Below are positions 1-10,929 of a DNA stretch of 64,000 bases, in pieces. The stretch lies in NCBI RefSeq assembly GCF_036507355.1, contig NZ_AP027877.1; one strand, 5' to 3'. The notes under the pieces are model-generated. The model worked only from the letters and a program-made list of their open reading frames with translations. It made no database searches and was not told the origin of the DNA. The stretch's first letter is position 1; each line of letters starts with the position of its first letter. Origin of the DNA: Escherichia coli (GTDB taxonomy: Bacteria; Pseudomonadota; Gammaproteobacteria; Enterobacterales; Enterobacteriaceae). The translations under genes were made by a program, and so were the position numbers.

Positions 1-279
1 AACCGGTTGGCCATTGGCATCTGTTTGATACGTTACCAGACGCTTGCCCAGCCAGTTTTCTGCAAAAGCACGGATGTCTTCTTTACTGTTTACAACTTTC
101 ACACCGCCCGCTTTACCGCGGCCACCAGCGTGAACCTGACATTTCACTACCCACGGACCGGCACCGATTTTTGAAGCGGCTTCTTCTGCTTCGCGCGGAG
201 TAGTACAGGCATAACCCACCGGTGCTGGTAAGCCATAGCGGGCAAAAAGTTGTTTTGCCTGATATTCATGTAAGTTCAT
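1..279 (-). CDS. sucC: Succinyl-CoA synthetase beta subunit, 5' part only (gene continues beyond window start)
   Basis: Reverse complement of 241-279 reads ATGAACTTACATGAATATCAGGCAAAACAACTTTTTGCC = [13 protein letters not shown], the SucC N-terminus; no stop inside the window; follows sucB on the same strand. Confidence 0.85.
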
Positions 280-372
280 GTGTTCTGTCCATCCTTCAGT
301 AATCGTTATCTTTTAAACCGTAGACCGACACCCTATCCACGTCGGTCTACAGTGCAGGTGAAACTTAAACTA

Positions 373-1590
373 CTACACGTCCAGCAGCAGACGCGTCGGA
401 TCTTCCAGCAACTCTTTGATCGTTACCAGGAAGCCCACGGATTCGCGACCATCGATCAGACGGTGATCGTAGGACAGCGCCAGGTACATCATCGGCAGGA
501 TCTCAACCTGACCATTCACCGCCATCGGACGATCTTTGATAGCGTGCATACCCAGAATTGCGCTCTGCGGCGGGTTGATGATCGGCGTAGACATCAGGGA
601 ACCGAACACACCACCGTTGGTGATGGTGAAGTTACCACCGGTCAGATCTTCAACCGTCAGCTTGCCATCACGGCCTTTGACTGCCAGCTCTTTGATTTTC
701 TTCTCGATGTCTGCCATGCCGAGGGTATCGACATCACGCAGAACCGGCGTCACCAGGCCGCGCGGCGTAGAAACCGCCATGCTGACGTCGAAATAGTTGT
801 GGTAAACCACGTCATCGCCGTCGATAGAAGCATTCACTTCCGGGTAACGTTTCAGGGCTTCAACCACCGCTTTCACGTAGAAGGACATAAAGCCCAGACG
901 GATGCCGTGGCGTTTTTCAAACGCTTCACCGTACTGCTTACGCAGATCCATAATCGGCTTCATGTTGACTTCGTTGAACGTGGTCAGCATGGCGGTGGAG
1001 TTTTTCGCTTCCAGCAGACGCTCTGCCACACGCTTACGCAGGCGAGTCATCGGGACACGTTTTTCACTACGTGCAGCCAGAGCCGGTTGCGCCGCCGAAG
1101 CAGCCGCTGCCGGAGCAGACTCTTTCGCCGGAGCTTTCGCCAGATGTTTTTCCACATCTTCACGGGTCAGACGACCACCCACACCGGTGCCTTTAATGGC
1201 GCTGGCGTCGAGGTTGTGTTCAGCCAGCAGGCGACGGATCGCCGGGCTTAACGCATCGTTGTTTTGCTCTTCCAGAGACGCCTGCTGGCGTTGCGCCGGA
1301 GTGGACGCTTTCTCTTCAGATTTGGCGCTGGTTTCTTTACCGGCGCTGTTGCCTTCACGCAGGCGACCAAGGATCTGACGAGACGTTACCGTTGTACCTT
1401 CATCTTCCAGAACCGCATCCAGAATGCCGTCTGCTGATGCCGGTACTTCCAGTACCACTTTGTCAGTTTCGATTTCTACCAGCACTTCATCACGTACGAC
1501 TGCGTCGCCGGGTTTTTTATGCCAGGTTGCGACGGTGGCATCGGCTACGGATTCAGGCAGGTCAGGGACCAGAATATCTACGCTACTCAT
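373..1590 (-). CDS. sucB: Dihydrolipoyllysine-residue succinyltransferase (E2 of 2-oxoglutarate dehydrogenase)
   Basis: 405-aa [32 protein letters not shown]..., lipoyl domain plus Ala/Pro linker plus catalytic domain; length matches SucB. Confidence 0.97.
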   Translation of the reverse strand: MSSVDILVPDLPESVADATVATWHKKPGDAVVRDEVLVEIETDKVVLEVPASADGILDAVLEDEGTTVTSRQILGRLREGNSAGKETSAKSEEKASTPAQRQQASLEEQNNDALSPAIRRLLAEHNLDASAIKGTGVGGRLTREDVEKHLAKAPAKESAPAAAASAAQPALAARSEKRVPMTRLRKRVAERLLEAKNSTAMLTTFNEVNMKPIMDLRKQYGEAFEKRHGIRLGFMSFYVKAVVEALKRYPEVNASIDGDDVVYHNYFDVSMAVSTPRGLVTPVLRDVDTLGMADIEKKIKELAVKGRDGKLTVEDLTGGNFTITNGGVFGSLMSTPIINPPQSAILGMHAIKDRPMAVNGQVEILPMMYLALSYDHRLIDGRESVGFLVTIKELLEDPTRLLLDV

Positions 1591-1604
1591 TGTGTATCCT
1601 TTAT

Positions 1605-4406
1605 TTATTCGACGTTCAGCGCGTCATTAACCAGATCTTGTTGCTGTTTCTGGTGAACGGACATATACCCTACCGCCGGAGAGGCGGAGGCCGGGCGGCC
1701 TGCATAACGCAGAGAAGCCCCAAACGGAATCACTTCACGGAAATGATGCTGGCTGCAGTACCATGCGCCCTGGTTGAGCGGCTCTTCCTGGCACCAGACA
1801 AAATCCTTGACGTGAGCAAACTGCTGCAACACTTCCTGCATCGCTTTATGCGGGAACGGGTAGAGTTGCTCGATACGCACAATGGCGACATCGTGTTGAT
1901 TGTTCTTACGACGCTGTTCCAGCAGGTCGTAATAAACCTTACCAGAACACATCACTACGCGCTTCACGCCCTTCGGATCAAGCTCGTCGATTTCACCGAT
2001 GGCTGGCAGGAAGGTGCCGTTCGCCAGTTCTTCGAGGCTGGAAACCGCCAGCGGATGACGCAGCAGGGATTTCGGCGACATCACGACCAGCGGACGACGC
2101 ATCCCGCGCAGCGCCTGACGACGCAGCATGTGGTAAACCTGTGCCGGGGTAGACGGTACGCAAACCTGCATGTTTTGCTCAGCACAAAGTTGCAGATAAC
2201 GTTCCAGACGCGCGGAGGAGTGCTCCGGCCCCTGCCCTTCGTAACCGTGCGGCAGCAACATCACCAGCCCACACATCCGGCCCCATTTCTGTTCGCCAGA
2301 GGAGATGAACTGGTCGATAACCACCTGCGCGCCGTTGGCGAAGTCACCGAACTGCGCTTCCCAGATAGTCAGAGTGCGTGGTTCTGCGGTGGCATAACCG
2401 TATTCAAACGCCAGCACTGCTTCTTCAGAAAGTACGGAGTCCCAGACACGGAACGCGCCCTGGCCGTTATGAATATGTTGCAGCGGCGTGTAAGTAGAAC
2501 CGTTAGACTGATTGTGGATCACCGCGTGGCGGTGGAAGAAGGTACCGCGACCGGAGTCTTCACCCGACAGGCGAACCGGAATGCCTTCATCAACCAGCGT
2601 GGCGTAAGCGAGGTTTTCCGCGCCGCCCCAGTCGAACAGTTTCTCACCGGCAGCCATCGCCTGGCGATCGCCATAAATCTTGGCAACGCGAGACTGCATT
2701 TCAACTGCTTCCGGCACCGTGCTGATGCGTTTCGCCAGCTCCTGCAGGCGCTTCATCTCAACTTTGTTCGGGTACTCTTCGTCCCATTCGTGGTTGAGGT
2801 ACGGCGACCAGGTGAAAGAGTGCATGTTCATCGGACGCCACTCTGCCACTACGCAATCGCCAGCATCCAGCGCATCGCGGTACAGGTTAACCATCTCGGT
2901 GGCATCTTCCAGCGTCGCCACTTTTTCCTGCTCCAGCTTGTCAGCGTAGATTTTGCGCGGTGTCGGATGTTTTTTGATTTTCTGATACATCAGCGGCTGG
3001 GTTGCGCTCGGCTCGTCGGCTTCGTTGTGGCCGTGACGGCGGTAGCACACCAGGTCGATGAAGACATCACGTTTAAAGGTGTTACGGAAATCGAGCGCCA
3101 GACGGGTCACAAAGGCAACGGCTTCCGGATCATCCGCGTTAACGTGGAAAATCGGTGCCTGAACCATCTTACCGATATCAGTACAGTACGGTGTAGAACG
3201 GGCATCCAGCGGGTTAGAGGTGGTGAAGCCAACTTGATTGTTGATAACGATACGTACCGTACCGCCAACTTCATAACCACGCGCTTTCGACATGTTCAGG
3301 GTTTCCTGAACCACGCCCTGCCCGGTCACTGCGGCGTCACCGTGGATGGTGATTGGCAGCACTTTGTTGCTGCTCGGCTCATCAAGTCTGTCCAGACGGG
3401 CACGAACAGAGCCGATAACAACCGGGCTTACAATCTCAAGGTGAGACGGGTTAAACGCCAGCGCCAGGTGTACCAGGCCGCCATCGGTCTGGAAGTCAGA
3501 CGAGAAGCCCATGTGGTATTTCACGTCACCCGTGCCGAGGTGTTCTTTATGTTTACCGGCGAACTCGTCGAACAAGTCTTGCGGTTTTTTACCCAGCACG
3601 TTCACCAGCACGTTCAGACGACCACGGTGCGCCATCCCGAGAACCACTTCCCGGGTGCCGCTGTTGCCAGCGTGGCGGATCATCTCTTTAAGCATCGGGA
3701 TTAACGCGTCACCGCCTTCCAGCGAGAAGCGTTTTGCACCAGGGAATTTTGCACCGAGGTAACGTTCAAGGCCTTCAGCGGCGGTCAGTTCGCTTAAGAA
3801 GCGTTTTTTCTCTTCGCTATTGAAAGTCGCGCGACCAGACTCGATACGCTGTTGGATCCAGCGTTTTTCTTCGGTGCTGGTGATGTGCATATACTCGGCA
3901 CCAATCGGGCCGCAGTAGGTTTGCTTGAGGGCTTCCAGCAGCTCGCCGAGTTTCATGGTTTCTTTGCCGCTGGCAAATGAACCGACGTTGAAGGTCTCCT
4001 GGAAGTCTGCTTCGGTCAGATCGTGGAAAGACGGATCCAGATCGGCCACTTTATCTTGCTGCCACAGTCCCAGCGGATCGAGATTCGCATGCTGGTGACC
4101 ACGGAAGCGGTATGCGTTAATGAGCTGCAGGACTTTAACCTGCTTCACATTGGTGTCAGGGTCGGAGATCGTTGAAGAGTAACGTGAAGCGTCTTTCGCC
4201 AGGCGGCGGAAATATTCACGAGTTTGAGAGTGGAATTGATCCGGTTTGACTCCCGTACCAGGTAACTGCTGGAACGTCGAACGCCAGTTAGCGTCAACCG
4301 AGTCAGGATCGGTTAAGAAGTCTTCATAGAGCTGTTCTATCCAGCTCTGGTTTGCGCCAGAGAGGTAAGAAGAGTCCAACCAGGCTTTCAAAGCGCTGTT
4401 CTGCAT
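1605..4406 (-). CDS. sucA: 2-oxoglutarate dehydrogenase E1 component
   Basis: 933-aa [33 protein letters not shown]...; full-length SucA. Confidence 0.97.
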   Translation of the reverse strand: MQNSALKAWLDSSYLSGANQSWIEQLYEDFLTDPDSVDANWRSTFQQLPGTGVKPDQFHSQTREYFRRLAKDASRYSSTISDPDTNVKQVKVLQLINAYRFRGHQHANLDPLGLWQQDKVADLDPSFHDLTEADFQETFNVGSFASGKETMKLGELLEALKQTYCGPIGAEYMHITSTEEKRWIQQRIESGRATFNSEEKKRFLSELTAAEGLERYLGAKFPGAKRFSLEGGDALIPMLKEMIRHAGNSGTREVVLGMAHRGRLNVLVNVLGKKPQDLFDEFAGKHKEHLGTGDVKYHMGFSSDFQTDGGLVHLALAFNPSHLEIVSPVVIGSVRARLDRLDEPSSNKVLPITIHGDAAVTGQGVVQETLNMSKARGYEVGGTVRIVINNQVGFTTSNPLDARSTPYCTDIGKMVQAPIFHVNADDPEAVAFVTRLALDFRNTFKRDVFIDLVCYRRHGHNEADEPSATQPLMYQKIKKHPTPRKIYADKLEQEKVATLEDATEMVNLYRDALDAGDCVVAEWRPMNMHSFTWSPYLNHEWDEEYPNKVEMKRLQELAKRISTVPEAVEMQSRVAKIYGDRQAMAAGEKLFDWGGAENLAYATLVDEGIPVRLSGEDSGRGTFFHRHAVIHNQSNGSTYTPLQHIHNGQGAFRVWDSVLSEEAVLAFEYGYATAEPRTLTIWEAQFGDFANGAQVVIDQFISSGEQKWGRMCGLVMLLPHGYEGQGPEHSSARLERYLQLCAEQNMQVCVPSTPAQVYHMLRRQALRGMRRPLVVMSPKSLLRHPLAVSSLEELANGTFLPAIGEIDELDPKGVKRVVMCSGKVYYDLLEQRRKNNQHDVAIVRIEQLYPFPHKAMQEVLQQFAHVKDFVWCQEEPLNQGAWYCSQHHFREVIPFGASLRYAGRPASASPAVGYMSVHQKQQQDLVNDALNVE

Positions 4407-4585
4407 CGTGATCCCTTAAGCATCTTTTTTATGCTTACTTCGCCGTGGATACTACCACGCACAGTGATGTGCGTGCCGGGGTTCACTTGCGAGCTCTTGT
4501 CTACGTAGTGGCTCGCGAAGGAACCTTTAAAAACTGTCTTAGTGTCAGGGGCAGTTTTTAAAGATTTCCTGCATTTCTTTGTTAC

Positions 4586-4704
4586 GCCTGATGCGCTGCG
4601 CTTATCAGGCCTACGGGTAATGACTTGTAGGCCGGATAAGACGTTCACGCCGCATCCGGCACTGGTTGCCTGATGCGACGCTTGCGCGTCTTATCAGGCC
4701 TACG
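4586..4704. repeat. REP/BIME cluster (three REP units) in the sdhB-sucA intergenic region
   Basis: Imperfect palindromic units of the type gcctgatgcg...cttatcaggcctac and gtaggccggataag...gccgcatccggca, repeated in alternating orientation. Confidence 0.6.
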
Positions 4705-4706
4705 GT

Positions 4707-5423
4707 TTACGCATTACGTTGCAACAACATCGACTTGATATGGCCAATGGCGCGCGTCGGGTTCAGCCCCTTCGGACATACACTGACGCAGTTCATGATG
4801 CTGTGACAGCGGAATACACTGAATGCATCGCTCAAACCGTCGAGGCGGCTGTCAGTCTCGGTATCACGGCTATCGATCAGGAAACGATATGCCGCTAACA
4901 AGCCTGCCGGGCCGATAAACTTATCGGGATTCCACCAGAAAGACGGACAAGAGGTTGAACAACATGCGCAGAGAATACATTCATACAGCCCGTCGAGTTT
5001 TTCGCGCTGCTCTGGCATCTGTAAATGCTCACGAGCTGGCGGATTTTGTCCATTATTCAACAGGTAAGGCTTAATTTTCTCATATTGCGCATAGAATTGT
5101 CCCATGTCTACCACCAAATCGCGGATCACCGGTAAACCTGGCAGCGGGCGAATCACAATCTTCTTGCCCGGCTGGTTGAGTGCCGAAATAGGGGTAATAC
5201 AGGCCAGACCATTCTTGCCGTTCATGTTCAGACCGTCGGAACCGCACACACCTTCACGGCAGGAGCGACGGAACGACAGGCTGGGATCTTTCTCTTTTAG
5301 CTGGATAAGCGCATCCAGCAGCATCATGTCGCGACCTTCTTCCGCTTCCAGGGTGTAATCCTGCATACGCGGAGCATCATCAACATCCGGGTTATAGCGA
5401 TAAATTGAAAACTCGAGTCTCAT
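4707..5423 (-). CDS. sdhB: Succinate dehydrogenase iron-sulfur subunit
   Basis: 238-aa ORF MRLEFSIYRYNPDVDDAPRMQDYTLEAEEGRDMMLLDALIQLKEKDPSLSFRRSCREGVCGSDG...; 2Fe-2S and 4Fe-4S cysteine motifs. Confidence 0.97.
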   Translation of the reverse strand: MRLEFSIYRYNPDVDDAPRMQDYTLEAEEGRDMMLLDALIQLKEKDPSLSFRRSCREGVCGSDGLNMNGKNGLACITPISALNQPGKKIVIRPLPGLPVIRDLVVDMGQFYAQYEKIKPYLLNNGQNPPAREHLQMPEQREKLDGLYECILCACCSTSCPSFWWNPDKFIGPAGLLAAYRFLIDSRDTETDSRLDGLSDAFSVFRCHSIMNCVSVCPKGLNPTRAIGHIKSMLLQRNA

Positions 5424-5438
5424 TTTCCTGTCTCCGCA

Positions 5439-7205
5439 TTAGTAAGTACGAATCTTCGGCGGGAATGCCGGGCGCAGTTTCGGTTCCATGTTGACGCTTC
5501 GGCGCGTCATGGATTCCGACTCTGGCAGATACAGGGAGTGGCACAGCCAGTTTTCATCATCACGATCCGGGAAGTCGAAGCGGCTATGTGCGCCACGGCT
5601 TTCGGTACGGAAGTTGGCAGAAACAGCCGTTGCATACGCCGTTTCCATCAGGTTATCCAGTTCCAGGCACTCAACGCGCTGGGTGTTGAACTCGCTGGAA
5701 GTGTCATCCAGACGGGCATTTTTCAGACGCTCGCGGATAACTTTCAACTGCTCAAGCCCTTTCGCCATCGCATCACCTTCACGGAAGACCGAGAAGTTAT
5801 GCTGCATACATTCTTGCAGCGCTTTACGAATCGCCACCGGATCTTCACCGTTACGATTATTGTTCCAGCGGTTCAGACGATCCAGAGACGCTTCAACATC
5901 AGACTCGCTGGCATCGCGCAGTGCGCCCTGCTCGGCGATAGACTCTTGCAGATGCAGACCTGCCGCACGACCAAAGACCACCAGGTCCAGCAGCGAGTTG
6001 CCGCCCAGACGGTTAGCGCCGTGTACCGATACACAAGCGATTTCACCTACCGCGAACAGCCCCGGAACAACCACATCTTCGCCTTTCTCATTCACAGTCA
6101 GCGCCTGACCGGTAACTTTGGTCGGAATACCGCCCATCATGTAGTGACAGGTTGGGATAACCGGAATCGGCTCTTTCACCGGATCAACGTGAGCGAAGGT
6201 ACGGGAAAGCTCCAGGATACCCGGCAGACGGGATTCGAGAACTTCTTTACCCAGGTGATCGAGTTTCAGTTTCGCGTGTGGCCCCCACGGACCATCACAG
6301 CCGCGACCTTCACGGATTTCGATCATGATGGAACGCGCCACCACATCACGGCCCGCCAGGTCTTTGGCGTTCGGCGCATAACGCTCCATAAAGCGTTCGC
6401 CATGTTTGTTCAGCAGATAACCGCCTTCACCACGGCAACCTTCGGTGACCAGTACGCCCGCACCGGCAATGCCGGTCGGGTGGAATTGCCACATTTCCAT
6501 ATCCTGCACCGGTACACCTGCACGGATAGCCATGCCGACGCCGTCGCCAGTGTTAATGTGGGCGTTAGTGGTGGACTGATAAATACGCCCTGCTCCGCCA
6601 GTCGCCAGCACGGTAGCGCGGGCTTTGAAATAAACCACTTCACCGGTTTCGATGCACAGTGCGGTACAACCCACCACCGCGCCATCCTGGTTTTTCACCA
6701 GATCCAGCGCATACCACTCAGAGAAAATGGTGGTGTGGTTTTTCAGGTTCTGCTGATAAAGCGTGTGCAACAGTGCGTGACCGGTACGGTCAGCCGCTGC
6801 CGCAGTACGTGCCGCCTGCTCGCCGCCGAAGTTTTTCGACTGACCGCCAAACGGACGTTGATAGATACGACCATCATCAAGACGCGAGAACGGCAGGCCC
6901 ATGTGTTCGAGTTCCAGAATCGCTTCCGGCCCGGTTTTACACATATATTCAATCGCGTCCTGGTCACCGATATAGTCCGACCCTTTCACGGTGTCGTACA
7001 TATGCCATTCCCAGTTATCTTCATGGGTATTACCCAGCGCAACGGTAATGCCGCCTTGCGCAGAAACGGTATGGGAACGGGTCGGGAAGACTTTAGAGAG
7101 CAGCGCACAGGTCTGGCCGCTCTGGGAAATTTGCAGCGCCGCGCGCATACCTGCGCCGCCGGCACCAATCACAACTGCATCAAATTCTCTGACTGGCAAT
7201 TTCAT
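5439..7205 (-). CDS. sdhA: Succinate dehydrogenase flavoprotein subunit
   Basis: Track ORF 5439..7217 begins [26 protein letters not shown]...; start placed at MKLPVREF, giving 588 aa; FAD-binding GAGGAG motif. Confidence 0.96.
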   Translation of the reverse strand: MKLPVREFDAVVIGAGGAGMRAALQISQSGQTCALLSKVFPTRSHTVSAQGGITVALGNTHEDNWEWHMYDTVKGSDYIGDQDAIEYMCKTGPEAILELEHMGLPFSRLDDGRIYQRPFGGQSKNFGGEQAARTAAAADRTGHALLHTLYQQNLKNHTTIFSEWYALDLVKNQDGAVVGCTALCIETGEVVYFKARATVLATGGAGRIYQSTTNAHINTGDGVGMAIRAGVPVQDMEMWQFHPTGIAGAGVLVTEGCRGEGGYLLNKHGERFMERYAPNAKDLAGRDVVARSIMIEIREGRGCDGPWGPHAKLKLDHLGKEVLESRLPGILELSRTFAHVDPVKEPIPVIPTCHYMMGGIPTKVTGQALTVNEKGEDVVVPGLFAVGEIACVSVHGANRLGGNSLLDLVVFGRAAGLHLQESIAEQGALRDASESDVEASLDRLNRWNNNRNGEDPVAIRKALQECMQHNFSVFREGDAMAKGLEQLKVIRERLKNARLDDTSSEFNTQRVECLELDNLMETAYATAVSANFRTESRGAHSRFDFPDRDDENWLCHSLYLPESESMTRRSVNMEPKLRPAFPPKIRTY

Positions 7206-7552
7206 CACACACCCCACACCACAACGAATCCATAAATCACGTAAACCACCAGTGCAACGACAATCACCAGTTGCAGCATCAGGCGCAAGGCCAGCGGTTT
7301 AACGTAGTCGGTCAACACCTGCCACATGCCGATCCAGGCATGGATCAAGATAGAAAACAGCGCCAGCAGGGTGAACACTTTGGTGAACGCAGAGGCGAAG
7401 AAACCGATCCAGACTTCATATGTCAGTTCGCCACTGGTAGCGAAAAAACCGACCATATAAATGATGTAGAGCGTCAGGACGATAGCGGTAGCGCGAACGA
7501 GGATGAAATCATGTACGCCATTGCGTCCTAATGCGGAGGCGTTGCTTACCAT
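7205..7552 (-). CDS. sdhD: Succinate dehydrogenase hydrophobic membrane anchor subunit
   Basis: 115-aa [40 protein letters not shown]...; its stop overlaps the sdhA start by 1 nt (TGATG). Confidence 0.95.
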
Positions 7553-7935
7553 ACGAGGACTCCTGCGAGAAGTGAAAGCACGACAGTAATAACAAAGGAG
7601 ATTTTGGCGGAGCGTTTACCCGCTTCGAATGTTTCTTCCAGATAGCCAAAATCCATCATCATGTGGCGAATACCTACGACGACGTGATACGCCAGAGCGG
7701 TAAGGATGCCCCACATGATAAATTTGACGAAGAAGCTGCCCATAATCGCGGAAGCTTGCTCGAAACCTTCAGGGGAAGAGAGGCTGGTACCCAGAAGCCA
7801 CAGCAGGATGCCCACTGCAACAAAGGTGATCACACCGGAAACGCGATGGAGAATGGACGCTATCGCCGTGATGGGGAACCGGATGGTCTGTAGGTCCAGA
7901 TTAACAGGTCTTTGTTTTTTCACATTTCTTATCAT
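7546..7935 (-). CDS. sdhC: Succinate dehydrogenase cytochrome b556 subunit
   Basis: Track ORF extends to 7950 ([10 protein letters not shown]...); start placed at [34 protein letters not shown], giving 129 aa. Confidence 0.92.
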
Positions 7936-8643
7936 GAATAACGCCCACATGCTGTTCTTATTATTCCCTGGGGACTACGGGCACAGAGGTTAACTTTCTG
8001 TTACCTGGAGACGTCGGGATTTCCTTCCTCCGGTCTGCTTGCGGGTCAGACAGCGTCCTTTCTATAACTGCGCGTCATGCAAAACACTGCTTCCAGATGC
8101 GAAAACGACACGTTACAACGCTGGGTGGCTCGGGATTGCAGGGTGTTCCGGAGACCTGGCGGCAGTATAGGCTGTTCACAAAATCATTACAATTAACCTA
8201 CATATAGTTTGTCGGGTTTTATCCTGAACAGTGATCCAGGTCACGATAACAACATTTATTTAATTTTTAATCATCTAATTTGACAATCATTCAACAAAGT
8301 TGTTACAAACATTACCAGGAAAAGCATATAATGCGTAAAAGTTATGAAGTCGGTATTTCACCTAAGATTAACTTATGTAACAGTGTGGAAGTATTGACCA
8401 ATTCATTCGGGACAGTTATTAGTGGTAGACAAGTTTAATAATTCGGATTGCTAAGTACTTGATTCGCCATTTATTCGTCATCAATGGATCCTTTACCTGC
8501 AAGCGCCCAGAGCTCTGTACCCAGGTTTTCCCCTCTTTCACAGAGTGGCGAGCCAAATAACAAACGGGTAAAGCCAGGTTGATGTGCGAAGGCAAATTTA
8601 AGTTCCGGCAGTCTTACGCAATAAGGCGCTAAGGAGACCTTAA
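7936..8643. promoter_or_regulatory. Divergent gltA / sdhCDAB promoter-regulatory region (about 700 bp, AT-rich)
   Basis: Long non-coding, AT-rich spacer between divergently oriented gltA (+) and sdhC (-). Established knowledge places multiple promoters and global-regulator sites here; individual sites were not mapped. Confidence 0.6.
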
Positions 8644-9927
8644 ATGGCTGATACAAAAGCAAAACTCACCCTCAACGGGGACACAGCTGTTGAACTGGAT
8701 GTGCTGAAAGGCACGCTGGGTCAAGATGTTATTGATATCCGTACTCTCGGTTCAAAAGGTGTGTTCACCTTTGACCCAGGCTTCACTTCAACCGCATCCT
8801 GCGAATCTAAAATTACTTTTATTGATGGTGATGAAGGTATTTTGCTGCACCGCGGTTTCCCGATCGATCAGCTGGCGACCGATTCTAACTACCTGGAAGT
8901 TTGTTACATCCTGCTGAATGGTGAAAAACCGACTCAGGAACAGTATGACGAATTTAAAACTACGGTGACCCGTCATACCATGATCCACGAGCAGATTACC
9001 CGTCTGTTCCACGCTTTCCGTCGCGACTCACATCCAATGGCAGTCATGTGTGGTATTACCGGCGCGCTGGCGGCGTTCTATCACGACTCGCTGGATGTTA
9101 ACAATCCTCGTCACCGTGAAATTGCCGCGTTCCGCCTGCTGTCGAAAATGCCGACCATGGCAGCGATGTGTTACAAGTATTCCATTGGTCAGCCATTTGT
9201 TTATCCGCGCAACGATCTCTCCTATGCCGGTAACTTCCTGAATATGATGTTCTCCACGCCGTGCGAACCGTATGAAGTTAATCCGATTCTGGAACGTGCT
9301 ATGGACCGTATTCTGATCCTGCACGCTGACCATGAACAGAACGCCTCTACCTCCACCGTGCGTACCGCTGGCTCTTCGGGTGCGAACCCGTTTGCCTGTA
9401 TCGCAGCAGGTATTGCTTCACTGTGGGGACCTGCGCACGGTGGTGCTAACGAAGCGGCGCTGAAAATGCTGGAAGAAATCAGCTCCGTTAAACACATTCC
9501 GGAATTTGTTCGTCGTGCGAAAGATAAAAATGATTCTTTCCGCCTGATGGGCTTCGGTCACCGCGTGTACAAAAATTACGACCCGCGCGCCACCGTAATG
9601 CGTGAAACCTGCCATGAAGTTCTGAAAGAGCTGGGCACCAAAGATGACCTGCTGGAAGTGGCTATGGAGCTGGAAAACATCGCGCTGAACGACCCGTACT
9701 TTATCGAGAAGAAACTGTACCCGAACGTCGATTTCTACTCTGGTATCATCCTGAAAGCGATGGGTATTCCGTCTTCCATGTTCACCGTCATTTTCGCAAT
9801 GGCACGTACCGTTGGCTGGATCGCCCACTGGAGCGAAATGCACAGTGACGGCATGAAGATCGCCCGTCCGCGCCAGTTGTACACCGGCTATGAAAAACGA
9901 GACTTTAAATCAGATGTTAAACATTAA
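8644..9927 (+). CDS. gltA: Citrate synthase
   Basis: 427-aa [50 protein letters not shown]...; full-length type II citrate synthase. Confidence 0.97.
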   Translation: MADTKAKLTLNGDTAVELDVLKGTLGQDVIDIRTLGSKGVFTFDPGFTSTASCESKITFIDGDEGILLHRGFPIDQLATDSNYLEVCYILLNGEKPTQEQYDEFKTTVTRHTMIHEQITRLFHAFRRDSHPMAVMCGITGALAAFYHDSLDVNNPRHREIAAFRLLSKMPTMAAMCYKYSIGQPFVYPRNDLSYAGNFLNMMFSTPCEPYEVNPILERAMDRILILHADHEQNASTSTVRTAGSSGANPFACIAAGIASLWGPAHGGANEAALKMLEEISSVKHIPEFVRRAKDKNDSFRLMGFGHRVYKNYDPRATVMRETCHEVLKELGTKDDLLEVAMELENIALNDPYFIEKKLYPNVDFYSGIILKAMGIPSSMFTVIFAMARTVGWIAHWSEMHSDGMKIARPRQLYTGYEKRDFKSDVKH

Positions 9928-9954
9928 TTATCTGATTTGAACCATATATCGTTT

Positions 9955-9986
9955 AGCCCGCCTGAATATCTGGCGGGCTTTTTTTT
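9955..9986 (+). terminator. Rho-independent terminator downstream of gltA
   Basis: agcccgcc-tgaatatct-ggcgggct stem-loop followed by a T8 run, about 28 bp after the gltA stop. Confidence 0.75.
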
Positions 9987-10313
9987 GTTCGTTAGTTATG
10001 TCTATCGACAAAAAAACGTAATCGGACACAAATACATAATTACACGTTACAAGAATACATATCCGATAACTAAATAAAATCCTAATTTTTCATTCACCAC
10101 CACCGTTATCCCGCCAATCGATGTAGAATACATTGGGTAGCACCCACAATTAAATAAACTCGTAATAGGATTAATTCACTTTATTTATGATTCGAGAGCT
10201 TTGAGAAACTCTCAAACATAATGTAGCAACATTAATATTATTACATGAGCAAAAAACCACTATTCTGTCGGAATAATTAGTATACTTTATCATAGCCCAT
10301 GAAGGATTCATGT

Positions 10314-10880
10314 ATGTTTAAAGGACAAAAAACACTGGCCGCCCTGGCCATATCTCTACTATTCGCTTCACCTGTTTTTGCTGCAGATGAAGGATCTGGT
10401 GAAATCCACTTTAAAGGTGAAGTTATTGAAGCACCTTGTGAAATTCACCCTGATGACCTTGATATGAACATTGACCTGGGTGAAGTAACCACATCCCACA
10501 TAAATCGAGAACATCATAGCGAGAAAAAACCTGTCAATATTCGCTTAATCAACTGTGATATTGCAGACTGGGATGATGGCAACGGTGGCGTGGTCTCAAA
10601 GGTAGGCGTGACCTTCGACAGCACAGCTAAAACGACAGGTGCAACGCCGCTCCTTAGTAACATCAGTGCTGGCGAGGCTACCGGCGTTGGCGTACGTCTC
10701 ATGAACAAAGATGAATCATTTGTTGTATTGGGAACAGAAGCGCCAACAATTGACTTATTGGCAAGTTCAACAGAACAAACGTTAAACTTCTTTGCCTGGA
10801 TGGAACAGATGGATAACGCAGTTTCGGTTACCGCGGGGGCCGTTACTGCTAACGCAACTTACGTTCTGGATTACCAATAA
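10314..10880 (+). CDS. ybgD: Fimbrial subunit (type 1 / chaperone-usher family)
   Basis: Track ORF 10299..10880; start chosen at MFKGQKTLAALAISLLFASPVFA (signal peptide) giving 188 aa; C-terminal ...ANATYVLDYQ typical of fimbrial subunits. Confidence 0.85.
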   Translation: MFKGQKTLAALAISLLFASPVFAADEGSGEIHFKGEVIEAPCEIHPDDLDMNIDLGEVTTSHINREHHSEKKPVNIRLINCDIADWDDGNGGVVSKVGVTFDSTAKTTGATPLLSNISAGEATGVGVRLMNKDESFVVLGTEAPTIDLLASSTEQTLNFFAWMEQMDNAVSVTAGAVTANATYVLDYQ

Positions 10881-10888
10881 TCCTTTTT

Positions 10889-10914
10889 AAGGCGGCTGAT
10901 TAGCCGCCTTTTGC
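10889..10914 (+). terminator. Possible intra-operon attenuator hairpin between fimbrial subunit and usher genes
   Basis: aaggcggct-gatt-agccgcctt stem followed by a short T run (tttt). Confidence 0.45.
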
Positions 10915-10929
10915 GAATATTGTTCAGGT

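Noticed and set aside
1392-3704. 770-aa ORF on the plus strand, and similar long ORFs at 280..1251, 5538..7235, 38692..40092, 48560..49486, 25711..26802 and 26848..27672
   Set aside because: All lie antisense to well-supported genes (sucA, sucB, sdhA, pgm, nagE, Rhs). Their translations are Arg/His/Val-rich low-complexity strings typical of shadow frames in GC-rich, codon-biased genes.
8471-8662. 63-aa ORF in the gltA-sdhC intergenic region
   Set aside because: Lies in the divergent promoter region and overlaps the gltA start; no ribosome-binding site or recognisable protein features.
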